64,000 nucleotides of DNA, from the NCBI GenBank assembly GCA_049840735.1, contig JASGJN010000004.1, forward strand, positions 1 to 64,000, written 5' to 3'. A model generated the notes under the pieces. It did no database searches and was not told the origin of the DNA. It saw nothing but the letters and a program-made list of their open reading frames with translations. How positions within the stretch are numbered: position 1 is the first letter of the stretch; each line of letters begins with the position of its first letter. The stretch comes from Anaeromyxobacter sp. (GTDB lineage: Bacteria; Myxococcota; Myxococcia; Myxococcales; Anaeromyxobacteraceae). Of the stretch, positions 11,014 through 23,900 are shown in pieces. The position numbers and the translations under genes were made by a program.

Positions 11014-14000
11014 TCAGGCGGGCGTCGGCGTCGGGCCGCCGGCGTCGGCCTTCTTCGATTTCGGGCGGGTAAAGCGGACGAGCTGATAGCCGATCCAGAT
11101 GACGATCATGCAGGGCACGATCACCACCAGGCCGAAGATCACCCACTGCAGCACCTTGAACAGCCCGTTCAGCGCACCGCTCATGCCTTCGCGGAGCGAT
11201 TCGCCGAACCCCTTCTCGGAAGCAACCGTCGCCGGCGTCGCATAGGTGACTTCCACCCGCGAGCGGGACAGCAAGCCTTCGGGCACGTTCTCGTTCTGGC
11301 GGCTCTGGTTGGCGGTCACTTCGCCCTGGCCGCGGACGTTGGTGATGAGCTGCCCGATCGCCGCCAGCGGCACATCGACGACGACGCGCGCGCGCCGTCT
11401 TTGCGATTCTGCCGGGCCCGCTCGGCCTCGATCTTTCGTCCGCCCGCCGCGATCGCCGCCGCCTCCAGATCGCCGATCGCCTTGTCGATGTTCGCGGTCT
11501 CGACCGTCAGTTGGAACACTTGGCGTGGCGGCTGCTGGCCGGCTTCCTTCACCGACAGGCTGTAGCGGATCTTGGTGTCGACGGTGCCCTGCGTGTCCTG
11601 CGAACGCTCGATCGAGCGGTTGAAGACGTCGGTGTTCTCCGACAGCACCTGCTCGATGATCTCCCGGTCCGACCGGTTGATCACGAACACCAGCGTGCCG
11701 GTGATGTCGCTGCGGTTCTGCACGGAAAGCTGCGAGCTGAGCACCAGCGCATCGGTGATGCGCAGTGCATCGACCAGCTTGTTGTACCGATCCTTCGCCG
11801 ACGGCGCGACGACCACCATGCTGTGTGACTCGCGAGGCTGCAGCGTCCGCTCATCCACCACCGTGACGATGTAGCCGATCTTGTTCTCGACCGTCATCGG
11901 GCTGTCGGGGAGACGGGCCGTCGCGCGGCTGGTCGTCAGGCCGGCGTCTTTCATCGCCTGCTCGAACTTGGCGGCGTTCTCCCGCGGCGTGGCGAAGCGA
12001 AGGCCGCCGTTGGGGTTGGCGCGGTCGGCGAGATTCAGGTTCGAACCCACCACCCGTGCCCCCGAGTCCTTCGCCGCACGAACCAGCTTGTCGAAGGCGT
12101 CCTGCACCGTTCGCGTGGCGACCGTGGCGTTGATCGTTTCCCGCGGCGACAGGCGGATTTCATCTACCAGGCTGATCGACAACCGGATCTTCGAATCCAC
12201 CGTCGTCTCGGTGTCGTTCGACCGGACGGCGCTGCGGGAGATGATCGCCCCGGCTTCCCGAAGAACGCCTTCCACGGTCGACCACTTCTCGCGGGACGTC
12301 TCGAACTCGAGCTGCCCGGTGATGTTGTTGGCGTCCTGCTCGTTCAGTTGCGAGGTCACCACCCGGCCGCCGGCATTCGTGGCGGCATCCAGCAGCTTGC
12401 GGAACGATATCGGCACATCGGCCGCGGCGACTTGCAGCGTGGTTGTCTCGCGTGCCGGGACCTGCGACAGCGACACGATCTGCAGCGAGAAGCCCCGCTT
12501 GGCTTCGGTCGTGTTCTGGGTGTCGGGGTTGATCGCGACATCCATCCGCATGACATCGACGCCGGCGCGAACGGCGCCCAGCAGCACATCGGCCTTGTCC
12601 GACTGCACCTGGAAGACGATCGTGCCCGACGTCTGGTCGGCGCGAGGGCGGTTGAGCTGCGAGGTCTTGATCGTTCCGCCGGCGGATTTCACCTGGTCGA
12701 TGATCTGTTTGAAGGTCGCCTCGACATCCTGGGCGGCGAGGTTCAGCGTCGTCGTCTGCCGGGGCTCGATGTTCGCCAGGTTGTAGATGTGAATCTCGAA
12801 CTGCGTCTCCCGCTTTTCCACGCTGCAGACCGGGCACGATCGGGCCACTGCCCCCTTCGGTCGCGGTCTTTCGGCTGATGTCCAGCCTCGCGAGCTTGCC
12901 AAGCTGCTTGAGCCGGTCGATGACCGGCCCGGCGGCGTCGGGCGAGACGCTGGCTTTGATCGTCGCCGACAGTTGTCCGGCTTCGAGTTTCTTGAGGTCT
13001 GAATCGATCACCCGTCCCTTGGCCTGGTCGATCGCCTTGAGCACTTCCGAGCGAACGTTTTCGACGTCTTCCGACTCGACCGGCGGTGTTGACCGTTTCA
13101 ACCTCGAACGCCGCGGTGGGGGAGCGAACTTCGCGCTCCTGCAGCTCGACGACCAGCGTCGCCATGGAGACGAGGTTGTCGTAGTACTTGATCTCGCCCT
13201 GAAGCAGTTCGAGTTTCTCCCGCCAGACGCCGAGCTGTTTCTCGGCTTCGAGAGGTCCTTCACCTCGCCGCCGGTGGCGATGATCGCCAGCAGCCGCTTC
13301 TCCATCGCCAGTGCGGCGCAAGCTGCGAAGCGATGTCGGTGTAGCCGCTCGGTGACGTCTTCGGCGCCGATGCGCTGGTTCTTCAGATCGCCCATGCCGC
13401 GCAGCTTCAGGACCAGCGTGTCGAGCCGTTCGGGCGGAACGCGGACGGTGACCGAGCCGCGCACCTTGCCGTTGGGAAGCTTGTCCGACGAGGTCTTCGC
13501 GACATAGCCGCCTTCTTCGGTGACCAGCTTGCTCACCTGGACGAGCGCTGTCGAAGCTGTCGACTTCGAAATTGACCACACCGTTGCGGATGATCTTGCG
13601 GGCCTGGACTTCCGGCGGCGGGGGAAGCGGTTCGACCGGATCGGGTTTCACGATCCTGGGCGGGGTGGTTGCGTGCGTTTTCTCGGCCGGCGTATTCTCG
13701 GCGGGTGGCTTCTCGGGCGTCTTCGAAGTTCGTGCCTCTTCTCGTCCGCTTCGACCGCCAGCTCACGGTGACGTTCGACTGAAACTTCAAACGTTCCCCG
13801 CTGGGGCCTGCGGCCGTCTTATCGTCGCCATCGATATCGGCGACGATGGTCTGGCCGCCTAGGGCCAAGGTTCCGTTGCCCGCCTTGGTGAACCCGGGCC
13901 CGCCGCCTGGGCCGGGCTTCCCTTCGGCCAGCCCCTCCACCTTCTGAGCATCAGAAAGGCCCTTGAGCTGGTTTTTGCGATCTTCCTTCAGCTTTTCGAG

Positions 14001-15443
14001 TTCCGCCTCGCCTCTGGCCGAACCGGTTTGCGCCGGGCGATACCACCGGCCATTCTCGGCATTGGCGCCGAAGGCCCAGCCTCGCGAATCGGCGACGCCC
14101 TGGCCGGCTTGAGGGCCGCCTTGCGGACCGGGCTGACCGGTGGGCGCTGCCACGCCCAGCCTGACTTCGCCGAGCTTGTTCTCGGCCGCCGTTCCGTTGG
14201 CGATCTGCAAAGTTCCGCCGGAGACCGCCGTGGTCCCCGCATAGGAATTGTGCGCCGTTCAGGGTAATCGCGTTGTTCGGCAGTGGCCAGCCGCCGCCGT
14301 TGAAGTTCAGAGTGAACGGCACGTCGGAGGAGAGCACAATCGCATCGCCGGCGGAACTGGCCGCCTGGTCCACCTTCTTCTTCCGTCCTTGCCGGTCACA
14401 AAAACGCCTCGAGTGACGGGGTCGGCGTTAGCGACCTCGGCGAAGTTCCGCACGCCGGTCCTCGGTTCGCCGGAGGACGCGGGGCCGTCCTGCGGAACAT
14501 TCTCCTTGCTCGCGACGCACCGAGAGACGTCGCGGCGGACGATGTGCCGTCCACCGTGATCGCGCCGGCCCGAGCGATCGCCGGCGGCGGAGGAATCTCG
14601 CCAGTTGAAGAAGTTTGCTGTGCTCGCCGGGCTCTCGGATCTGGCATATGTGCTGAAGTAATAGTGCGCGTACGAGTCAGTGAGCTGGGCATTGGTTCGC
14701 TCCCCCGTCGAGGGGCCAGCGCGCATCACTCATCGTCGATGCTCGTAGTTTCACCAGCCTCTGGAGATCGTCCCCCGCCACTGCGGCCGAGTTGCTTTCG
14801 ATGATTCCGCCCACGATGGTCTCACTCAGGGCCTGCGATGCCGCTCTTGGCCTTCGCCCTTGCGGTCTGCTCCGCCACGAGTTGCGACTGGGTGCCCGCG
14901 ACTTCTTCGACCTTTGCGTCCAGTGCTGATCGATAGGCAAGCGATCGCCCATCAGCCTCCAGAATTTCGGGCGTCGCGATCGCCCCGGCTGGCAACGTTT
15001 TCGTGCTCCTCCGACACGCGCCGTGCCAAAGTCCGTGCTTCACCCGCGATGTCCGGGTCTATGCCGCCTGAGTTGGCAGACTGGCTCTCCACCGCCACGC
15101 TCATCCCATACCCCACCGTCCCGATCACCAGCGACGCCGCCACGCCGACGGCGATTCGGCGGACCATGGGATGACGGATGGGCCTCGACAGGCGCATGAT
15201 CAGCGACGGCCGCGAGTACTGCGGGCGGAGGGCGCCGATGAGCCGGTCCTCGTACGCCGCGTCGGGGACGGCGTCCGCCAGGGCGGCGACGAGCTTGGCG
15301 TCGGCGGCGCGGGCGGCGTCGACCGCGGCGGCGCAATCGCCGCAGGCTGCGACGTGGGCGTCGAACGTACGCATCTCGGCGTCGTCAAGACCGCCGGCGA
15401 GGTAGGCATCGATCAGCGGGAGGATGTGGTTGTCGGTGGTCAT
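11014..15443 (-). CDS. Large putative anti-sigma factor: zf-HC2 N-terminus, DUF4349 with repeated domains, C-terminal TM helix (multiple frameshifts; may be more than one gene)
   Basis: IDAYL..DAHVAACGDC, a TM segment, RKIIRNG..VRVPPERLD..EDVT (DUF4349), several repeated ~90-aa units and a hydrophobic C-terminus; lies downstream of an ECF sigma gene. Confidence 0.6.
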
Positions 15444-15548
15444 TGGAGTTTTCGTTGGAGTTTCGTTTGGTAGGGCGGGCACTGCCCGCCGAGGAAGTTC
15501 ATCGAAAAGTCGGTACAGCACACGAAATCACTTACGGACGCAGCGTTC

Positions 15549-15654
15549 CAGTGACACGGGCTTCCAGCCCGTGCGAGAGGCGCCGGACTCTCAGGCAATG
15601 AGCGACTGCTCTACTCCCGCATCGCTCGCACGCGGCTGGAAGCCCGTGTCACTG
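15549..15654. repeat. REP-like doublet (ACGGGCTTCCAGCCCGTG family)
   Basis: CAGTGACACGGGCTTCCAGCCCGTGCGAG with inverted partner CTCGCACGCGGCTGGAAGCCCGTGTCACTG. Confidence 0.8.
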
Positions 15655-16425
15655 ACAACGCCTTCTTCGACACCGCTTTCCTCGCCCCGCGCCTTGTCCG
15701 GCGGGCGGTGTCCGCCCTACGGTACCTCGCTCGCGCTCTATGAGCTGTCGCAGGCGGTTCATTCCGCGGCTGAGCAGCCCGCGGAGAGAGCCGTTACTCA
15801 GGCCCAACTGCTTGCAGACGGTCGCGTAGTCGGCCCCGGCGAGGTAGCGCATGGAAATCGGGGCGCGATACTCCTCCGGCAGCACCCGGAGCAGGCCCAG
15901 CAAGCGGTCGTGGGTTTCGCGTTGCTCGGATTGCTCCGAAGGCGACAGGCCGGGGTCGCGAACACCCGACAGCACATCGCCGTCACCGTCGCCGCCGGCG
16001 ACGACCTTCTCGCGTCCGCGCTTCTTCCGGCGATCGTGCCGGCCGGCATCGATCCTGACCGTCCTCGCGATCGAGAAGAGCCAGCGGCGGAACCCGGAGG
16101 CATCGGGAAGTTCGTGAAGCTGATCGATGCTTCGCCAAGCGATCAGGTAGGTCTCCTGGACGAGGTCTTCGGTCCGCTGGCGGTCGCCGGTTTCGAGGTA
16201 GAGCCGGGCGTAGAGCATTCGCGCCGTGGCGCGGACGAGCGATTCGAACGCGGCGCGATCGCCGTGCTGGGCCTGACGGACGAGGGAAGCTTCGTCGACG
16301 CCGTCGGGCGCTCCGGAAAGTCGCATCCGTGCTCCGGGCGAGGTGGAGACGCCGCGCGTCAGGGGCTTCATCGCCGACGCCTGTCCGCCGGTGTAAAGGT
16401 CGTCGTCCGGGGGTATTCGTGTCAC
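15649..16425 (-). CDS. ECF RNA polymerase sigma factor (3' end uncertain)
   Basis: AQHGDRAAFESLV, EDLVQETYL.AW, FRRWLFSIAR, LPEEYR and region 4 GLSNGSLRGLLSRG. Confidence 0.85.
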   Translation of the reverse strand: MTRIPPDDDLYTGGQASAMKPLTRGVSTSPGARMRLSGAPDGVDEASLVRQAQHGDRAAFESLVRATARMLYARLYLETGDRQRTEDLVQETYLIAWRSIDQLHELPDASGFRRWLFSIARTVRIDAGRHDRRKKRGREKVVAGGDGDGDVLSGVRDPGLSPSEQSEQRETHDRLLGLLRVLPEEYRAPISMRYLAGADYATVCKQLGLSNGSLRGLLSRGMNRLRQLIERERGTVGRTPPAGQGAGRGKRCRRRRCQ

Positions 16426-16544
16426 GCCGCTGCCTCCGGGGTGGATCTGCGGCCGTTCACCCTACCCGGCGACAGCCCGCACATCATGAGGAACGACAAT
16501 GGGACGAAGAACGGCGCGCGAAAGTTGCGTCTAGGGAAGAAGGT

Positions 16545-16650
16545 GATGGAGTAGTGGGGTGGTGGGGTGGTGGGGTAGTGGGGTAGTGATAAATCGGTGA
16601 TTGCTCGACACTCCACCACCCCATCACCCGACCACTCCACCACCTCCACC
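16545..16650. repeat. Octamer G-rich repeat with inverted C-rich partner
   Basis: (GGGGTRGT)n at about 16551-16589 and CACTCCACCACCCCATCACC.. at about 16609-16650. Confidence 0.7.
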
Positions 16651-17981
16651 TCAATCCGCCGCGCCGCCTTTGCCTGCTTGCCTGGCGATGTTTGCCGGGC
16701 GGGCGTCTTTGTACTTGTCGAGCGCGGCTTGCAGGGTTTCGCGGGCGGCCTTGGCTTCGGGCGACAGGGCAGCGGCGTTGAGGGGGGACTTTTCCAGGAT
16801 GTCCGCGGCGACATCGAACATTTCGCCGTCGCGATAGAGCTTGAACCGCTTGTCGGCGGCGAACTCCTTGCTTGCCTTGGGGCCGCCTTCGCGGGCGTAC
16901 CAGCTATAGATCCACTGGCGCGGCGTGCCGGTTTCGCCTTGCAATTGCGGCAGGAAGCTCGTCCCGTCGAACGGAATACCGGCCGGCGAGCCCAGTTCGG
17001 CGGCGGCCAGCAGCGTGGGCAGGAAATCGGTCGAGTCGACCAGGTCGTCGCACACCTTCCCCTTGGCGATCTTGCCCGGCCAATTGGCGATCAGCGGCAC
17101 GTGCATGCCGGGATCGGTCGACTTGCCCTTGCCGCCCTGCGACTTTGCCGTCGCTGGTGTTGGACGTGATCGCCGTGGCTCAGTGCCGTTGTCGCCGAGG
17201 AAGAGGATCAGAGTGTTGTCGCGGATCTTTAGCTCGTCGAGCGTCGCGGTCGAGTTTGCCGATCAGCTTGTCCATGTAGGTGACCATGTCGCCGAAGTGC
17301 TGCGGCGACTTGCCGTCGCTTTTCGCCGAGTGCGCTTGGGATCCCAGTCCTTGCTATCAGGGCGTCGGCTGGTACGGGTCGTGCGTCAGCATCATCGTGT
17401 AGTAGAGGAGGAACGGCTTGGTCCTTCTTGCGCGTAATGAAGTCGATCGCGAAATCGTTGACCAGATCGGGGCCGTACTCTCCCTTGCTGAAGTCGAGCT
17501 CCTTGCCGTTGTGCTCGATGCCGGGGTTGGCATAGCGGGCGGGGCGGCGGGTGTGCTGCCAGAGGTACGATTCGTCGAAGCCGAACTTCTGCGGCAGATC
17601 CACCTCCCGACCGAGTTGCCACTTGCCGGCAATCGCCGTCGCGTAACCGGCCTTCTTCAGCAGGTTGCCGAAAGTGATCTGCGAGGTTTCGAGTGCGCCG
17701 AAATGGATGTAGTTGCGGACGTTGTACAGCCCCGTCATGAGCTGCACGCGCGTGGGCGTGCAGAGGGGCTGGGCGAAACATCGCGTGAACCGCATGCCAT
17801 CGGCGGCAAGCTTGTCGAGGACCGGCGTCTTATATGAGGTACCGCCGTTGGCGCCGACCGTCTCGTAACCCAGATCGTCGGCGAGGATGAGGACTAGATT
17901 CGGCTTGGCGCTCGCCGCCGAGACGGTCAGGCCGTGTGCGACGAGTGCCAGGAAAAACGCGAGTGTAGACCATCGGCTCAT
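16651..17981 (-). CDS. Sulfatase, arylsulfatase A-like (frameshifted)
   Basis: Signal peptide, [17 protein letters not shown] formylglycine motif, [17 protein letters not shown]. Confidence 0.88.
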
Positions 17982-18071
17982 GAGGGCTCCTGAGTTCCCC
18001 AACGGCCGGGATGGAAGGGTTATTGTCACCGAGGCAAGACCGCCGCTCCGCTGCGCGTCGAGGCCGACCCG

Positions 18072-19032
18072 TCAGAGCCAGTTCTTGCGTCGCATGAACT
18101 GCAGCAGCCCGAGCGTCACCACCAGGCACGCCAGGCAGAACCAGTAGAAGCCGCCTTCGATGTGGGTTCCGGGGATGTCCGGGAAGTTGACGCCGTAGAT
18201 CCCCACCAGGAACGTCAGGGGAAGAAACACCGCGCTCAGCACGGTCAGGCGATTGATGACGCGGTTGGTGCGGTGGGCCACGATGCCCATGTAGAGGTTC
18301 AGTGTTTCCGCGAGCGACTCGCGAATTCGGTTGTCAGATCGGCGACCAGGCGATCGAGTGCGCCGGCGAGGCGCTCGAGGGAAGGAATGGTGCTCTCGGC
18401 GACGAAGTTGGTCCGCCGGGTGATCGTTTCGTGAAGCACCTCGCGGGCGGCGAGCATCGCCTTGCGGAGGGTGACCATGTCGGCCTGGATCTGCGCCGCC
18501 TGCTCGAAGATCGAGTCATCGGTCGCGTTCAGAATGCCTTCCTGCACCTTGCCGCTCTGGCGGTCCAGGCGCGGAATGTCTTGCGGTAACCGTGAATGAG
18601 CTGGTCCCAGTATTCGTAGAGCAGGAACCCGCCGCTGCGGGCGAAGCGAAGGAAATCCCTGCGGTAGATACGGCGGACGCGGTCGATGAACTCGACCTTG
18701 CCGGTGTGAATGGACATCAGGTAACGCTCGCCGACCACGATATCGACGAAGAACGAGTTGAGCTGGCCGTCGACGAAGAGCAGCGACGTGAGCGTAAAGT
18801 GGAGGGCATCGTCGTAGACGTCGTGTCGTCCGTCGATGTCGGGGCCGGTGATCTCGTCGGCGAGATCCGGGGCGATCTGTAGCTCGGCGATCATCGCCTT
18901 GACCGCCTCGGATTCGTCCTCCCGGTCGATGTCCACCCAGCAGAACCGCCCGGCCTCGCAGGCCTTCTGGATCTCCTTGGGGTCGATCGGCTGTTCCTGC
19001 TTAATTGCGAAGTCAAACTCGATGGCGTGCAT
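18072..19032 (-). CDS. CorA-family Mg2+/Co2+ transporter (frameshifted)
   Basis: WVD motif, TNRVINRLTVLSAVFLPLTFLVGIYGVNF (GMN-like GVN) and two TM helices. Confidence 0.85.
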
Positions 19033-19152
19033 GTTGGGTTGTGAAAGAAGGGCGGATCCGACGGAGGCATGGAGACACGGAGGGCAATTCGGCGAACGGC
19101 GCAAGTTGTCATCTCGAGATCCGCGACTCTTTTTTGGCGACACGACCCTCGA

Positions 19153-19293
19153 ATGTCATCCTGAGGTACTCCGAAGGACCTTGTATCCCAGGCGGAAGAG
19201 CGCTTCAGTTCCGAAACGCGATCGATCGGTTTGTCATGTTCGATGAACTCTCGTCTGGGATACCAGGTCCTTCGGGGTACCTCAGGATGACAT
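19153..19293. repeat. REP-like doublet (GTCATCCTGAG..GAAGGACCT family)
   Basis: ATGTCATCCTGAGGTACTCCGAAGGACCT with inverted AGGTCCTTCGGGGTACCTCAGGATGACAT. Confidence 0.85.
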
Positions 19294-19333
19294 CAACAAG
19301 TCGCGAGCTCTCAGATGTCATGGATGAGGCCAC

Positions 19334-20620
19334 TCACTTCCCCGGCGCCTTCCCACGACCAGGGCTTGCGGCGCTTCGGGGAACGAGAGGTTGTTGAACT
19401 TCCGCTGGACCTTCTTCCCGAAGAAAAGTTGATCGGCAAAATCCATCAGCGTGGACCAGTCTTCGAAGTTCTGTTCGTGCTTTCCTTCGCGGTAGTGGAT
19501 CGCGATCTTGTCGCCGGCGCCCAGGTAGTCGTAGACGACCTTCGCGGCGGTGTAGGTGACCTGCGAACCCTCGGGGTTGGCCCAGAGATCGCCTAGGGCT
19601 TCGCAGGTGAGCAATGCCCGGGGAGCGATGGCCGCCTTCACGCTGTGCTGGTCGATCGGCAACCGATCGATCTTGCCGATGAAATCGGTGAACTGCGGTT
19701 GGAACCAGTAGGGGAAGCTCTTGGTTATCCGGTCGATCGTCTCGCTCTTGTCAGCCTGGTAGCGGTAGCAGCCCGCACCGCCGCAACCGGAATTGTTGGG
19801 CACCGTGAGTGCGATCCGGTCGTCCATCAGGCCGGCGACGATCGTCGTCTTGCCGCCGCGGGAGTGGCCGGTGACGGCGATCTTCGATTTGTCGACGTCG
19901 TCTCGGGTCATCAGGTGATCGATGACGCGGTGATAGCCCCACGCCCAGAACGAAACCGCCGAGGCGTCGAGGTCGGGGTACGCGGCGTAGCCGGGGCCAC
20001 TGCGGTCTCCCTTTTTGTCGGGAACGATTTCAGTCCGGTCGAAGTCGGCCAGCATGTAGCCGCGCTTGGCGATTTCGGCGGCGACTTCGGGCTTCACCTG
20101 CCCCCAGCACAGATCGCCGCGAACCACCACCGGGAAGGGCCCCTTGCCCGGCGGCACGGTGATCATCAGGTGAAAGGGCACCTGCTTCTTCGCGTCGTTC
20201 TCCGGACCGACGGTCAGCACATACGATGACCTTCGTGCCGTCGGGGTATTCGATCTTGGGTTCGGGGGCGTCTTTCGGGTCGGCGTTCGATCCGCTGCGC
20301 TTTGGCGGCATGTACGCTGGGTCTTCCTTCACCCGCACCTCGCCGGTCGGCGGGACGGGCGGCAGGGTGCCGTACTCGTACGTCTGGATGACCTTCTTGA
20401 GTTCCTCCCGCCGGCGCGGCCAATCCTCAGGCGACTTCACGCGGGAGCCGTCGACGAACAGGAACGGATCGGGAAGCTCCTTGATGCTGGGCAGCTCGTC
20501 GACCGGCGTTCGCTGCGTGATGCCGATCGCGGGTGCCTTCGGTGTTTCGTCTTTCGCCATGATCGATGTCACCGACAGAGATGAAACAGCCAGTAGCGAT
20601 AGAAGTGTGCGGCGGTTCAT
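19334..20620 (-). CDS. Glucuronoyl esterase-like alpha/beta hydrolase, CE15 (frameshift near 20220)
   Basis: Leader MNRRTLL, LPDPF..W..RREE, WAWG, GHSRGGK nucleophile motif, SGCGG, DQH. Confidence 0.85.
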
Positions 20621-20715
20621 GAAGGAAAGCATCGCCGCACGGCGGGGTGGGATGCAAGGGGGAATGACTGATGGGCTCTCTCTGGCGGGTGCAAACGGCT
20701 GGCGCGGCAGGAGAT

Positions 20716-20927
20716 CACCACGAGGGACGGGACACGGAGGGTAGCTCGACTTCTCCCGCTCCTCTGCAGGACCGGGGCGGCTGGAATCACAGATGCACAC
20801 AGATAAGAGTCAATTTGGCATAGTTTCCGATCGGTGCCGATCTGTGTGCATCTGTGGTTCCAGCCTCCACCGTAGCAGAGGAGTAGAGAAGTCGAGCTAC
20901 CCTCCGTGTCTCCGTGCCTCCGTGGTG
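20716..20927. repeat. Long nested inverted repeat (MITE/REP-like)
   Basis: GACACGGAGGGTAGCTCGACTTCTC.. / ..GAGAAGTCGAGCTACCCTCCGTGTC enclosing CACAGATGCACACAGAT / ATCTGTGTGCATCTGTG. Confidence 0.85.
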
Positions 20928-20963
20928 CCCTCCATTTCTTGGCTTGCGCACGAGAAAGCATCA

Positions 20964-23900
20964 CTACTTGTAAACTCGATCCTTGTCGTCTTTCCGAATC
21001 GCGTCGAGGACATCGAAGAAGATGTGATCGACTTCGCCGTCGCGGGCGAAGATGGAGTCGGAGCCGCCGCGGCCGTCGATGGTGTCTTTGCCACCGCCGC
21101 CGGTGATGCTGCCGTTGCCGCCGTCGCCGACGATGAGGTCGTCGCCGTCGTCGCCGAAGAGGGAGGTGATCCAGCCGTTGGTGTCGTGGGCCTGGATGCT
21201 GTCGTCGCCGCCGCCGTGAAGGGTGATCGTCTCGCCGTTGTGGTAGTCGAGGATGAACTGGTTGGCGTTGAAATTAACCGAAGGGTTGAGCGGCCGTGCG
21301 GTAGCGTGACGCGGGTGAAGAAGATCCGGTCGTCGTCGGCTGGTGCCGTTGATGATGATGCCGTCCTGGCCGGCGCCGAGGTCGAGGTTGTCACCGGGCT
21401 GAGCGGTGACGGTGTCTTTGCCCGCGCCGCTGATGATGATGTCGGGTGCCAGGCCGCCGGTCATGACGTCGTCGCCGTCGCCGCCGTCGAGGGTGACGGG
21501 GATCGTAAGGCTCGAGGCGTTGATGATGTTGTTGCCGCCGGCGGCCTTGACGATCACCTGGCGATCAGTGCCGTGGCGAAGCGTGCCGCCATGGATGCCG
21601 TTGATCGCGACTACGATCGCCCGTCGACTTCTTGACGTTGATCATATCGCGGGCGTCGGAGCCGTTGACGACGAGCGTCGACGTGCTCTTGTCGAAGTCG
21701 GTCGCCAGGGCTTTCTGCGGATCGCGACTTCGAACGTGCCAAGCGTTCGGGGGCGGCGACGCCGGTGATGTCGGCACCTGGCCGGCCGACCAGCTTGATG
21801 GTGTAGACGCCGTTGTCGGCCGGATCCCAATAGCCGCCGGGCAGACGACGTGGTAGGTGGCGATGGCCTTGGTCGCGTCTTGCTGGCGTTGGTTCAGCGT
21901 CAACTCGGCGAGCGAAACGAACCCACCGGGCTGGCCACGCGCGAGTGTCCCTGCGCATCGAGGATGGCGCATTCGACGGCGGCGTTGTCGCGGTAGGAGA
22001 CCGTGAGCAGTTTGGTCGTGATGATCTCGATCTCGTGCACCGTTGCGAGAGGTTGGCCATCGGCGGGACTTGGCGGGTGAGGGAGAACGAAGTTGAATGC
22101 GCGGTGAGGTGCCAGCTGCTCGGGGCGGGTTGTCGAAGACGATCTTGACGGCGTGGTTCCCGGCCGACAGGTTGTTGGTGAAGAGAATGACTGTCTTATA
22201 GCTCGGGCTTGACGCCCGCCGTCACCGGCAGGTTGAGCGTGCCGCTGGCGTTGACGCCGTCGATCTCCACGTGGAACTTGCCGCCGGCCTGGCCGTTGCT
22301 CAGCCGGATGGCGAACTCATGGATGCCGGTCGAGGCGAGCGTTGACGCTGTACGCAAAAACTCGCCGGCGATTGCCAGGCCGACGCACGTCGAACCGGTC
22401 GCCGGAATCGAGGCTCTTAGAGATGTCGACATCGGTCACGCGGTATTGGCCGCCGCCGTTGCCGGCGGTCGTTGTCCTTCCAGCCGAAATCCTTGGCCAT
22501 ATCGAAGTCCTCGGCTTCGATGAGCGCCGGAGATCGGTTTGCCGCGTAACGGGATCTGCGGGAAGAAGAACGCTGCTCGCGCCGCTGAAGCCCGGGAGGT
22601 CGCCGGCTGAACGGGTCGAAGATGCGAGGCCTTGGGCGGTCCCGCCGTTGGGGTTGACGAAGAAGTGGATGTCCCAGATGCCGCTCGTGCCAGGGCTGCG
22701 GGAGAAGCGCGATCGGGCGGCGTGTGGATGACCTTCGACCCCTTGCGGCACATCGTTGGCCGGCGGCGTCGGCTCGAACGTGCCGCCGAGGATGTGGTGG
22801 AACCCGGCCTCGTGTACCAGCCAGGCGTCGGCCGGGAAGCCGGCGAAGGTGGGATCTTCGCCGGGTCGTAGTCGGTGCCGTAGCCCCACGAAACGAGCGT
22901 GTAGGGGAAGTCGGGGAAGGCATCGGTCGCGTCGCGGCCGGCGCTTGGGGGCGTAGAGCAGGATGTCGGGACGGCCGAGCTCAGACGGCGTCGTTGTTGT
23001 TGATGTCCCGCGCAAACGCCACGCCCATGCCGTTAGAAGCTGTTGAAGTTGTGCGATGGCACATACCCCTTGGCCAGCAGTCGGCCGACGCCCGACCTGG
23101 CTGTCGAGGATCGTCAGGTCGCCCAGGAAGTTCCGGACGCGGACTTCGTCCTGCTCCATGGCCTGGGTCGAAGTCGGCGGGGTTGTTGATGTCGATGTAG
23201 TCGGGTTTGCCGTCCTCGTCGCTGTCGGCAAGGTTTCCGATGTGCGGATGGACGTTGATGATGCCCGGCGGCAGTCGATCTTCTTCTTGCCGAGCCGTCG
23301 GCGTTCATCACGAACACCTTTTGCGGCCCGGCCAATAGCAAAGGACCGCCGACGGCTTTGAAGTAGGCGATCTTCGTCCCATCCGGGCGACCACGTCGGG
23401 TCGCCGCCGCCGCCGATGTGGAGGAAGCTGTCGTCGATCGTCAGGTTCGGGCCGTACGTGCCGGTGGCGACGTTGATCTTGTAGACGTCGCCGAAGGGGA
23501 GCGTGTGCTCCTTCTCTGAAGTGATGAGCAACTGCTGGTCGCCCGGGCCCCCAGACGGCGTCGTGCTCTTCAGCCTCGAGCCCCGCGACCAGACGGTTGC
23601 CGGTGCCGTCGGCGTTGATGACGTAGATGTCTTTCTCGGCGTCGAACACCCCCAGCACGCCGCCGTCGAGGATTTTCGTGTACGCCAGCCGTGTGCCGGC
23701 GCGGCTCCAGGCGGGTTCGTTCTCGGCTTCGGGCGCCGAGGTCGTGAGCCGCTGCGGGTTGCAGCCGTCGGCGTTCATGATCCAGATGTCGAGGTTGCCG
23801 ACGCGGTCGGAGCGCGAACGCGATCTGCGAGCCATCGGGCGAGAAGACCGGCTCGGTGTCGATCCCCAACGATGTGGTGAGCCGACGGATGTTTGTCCCG

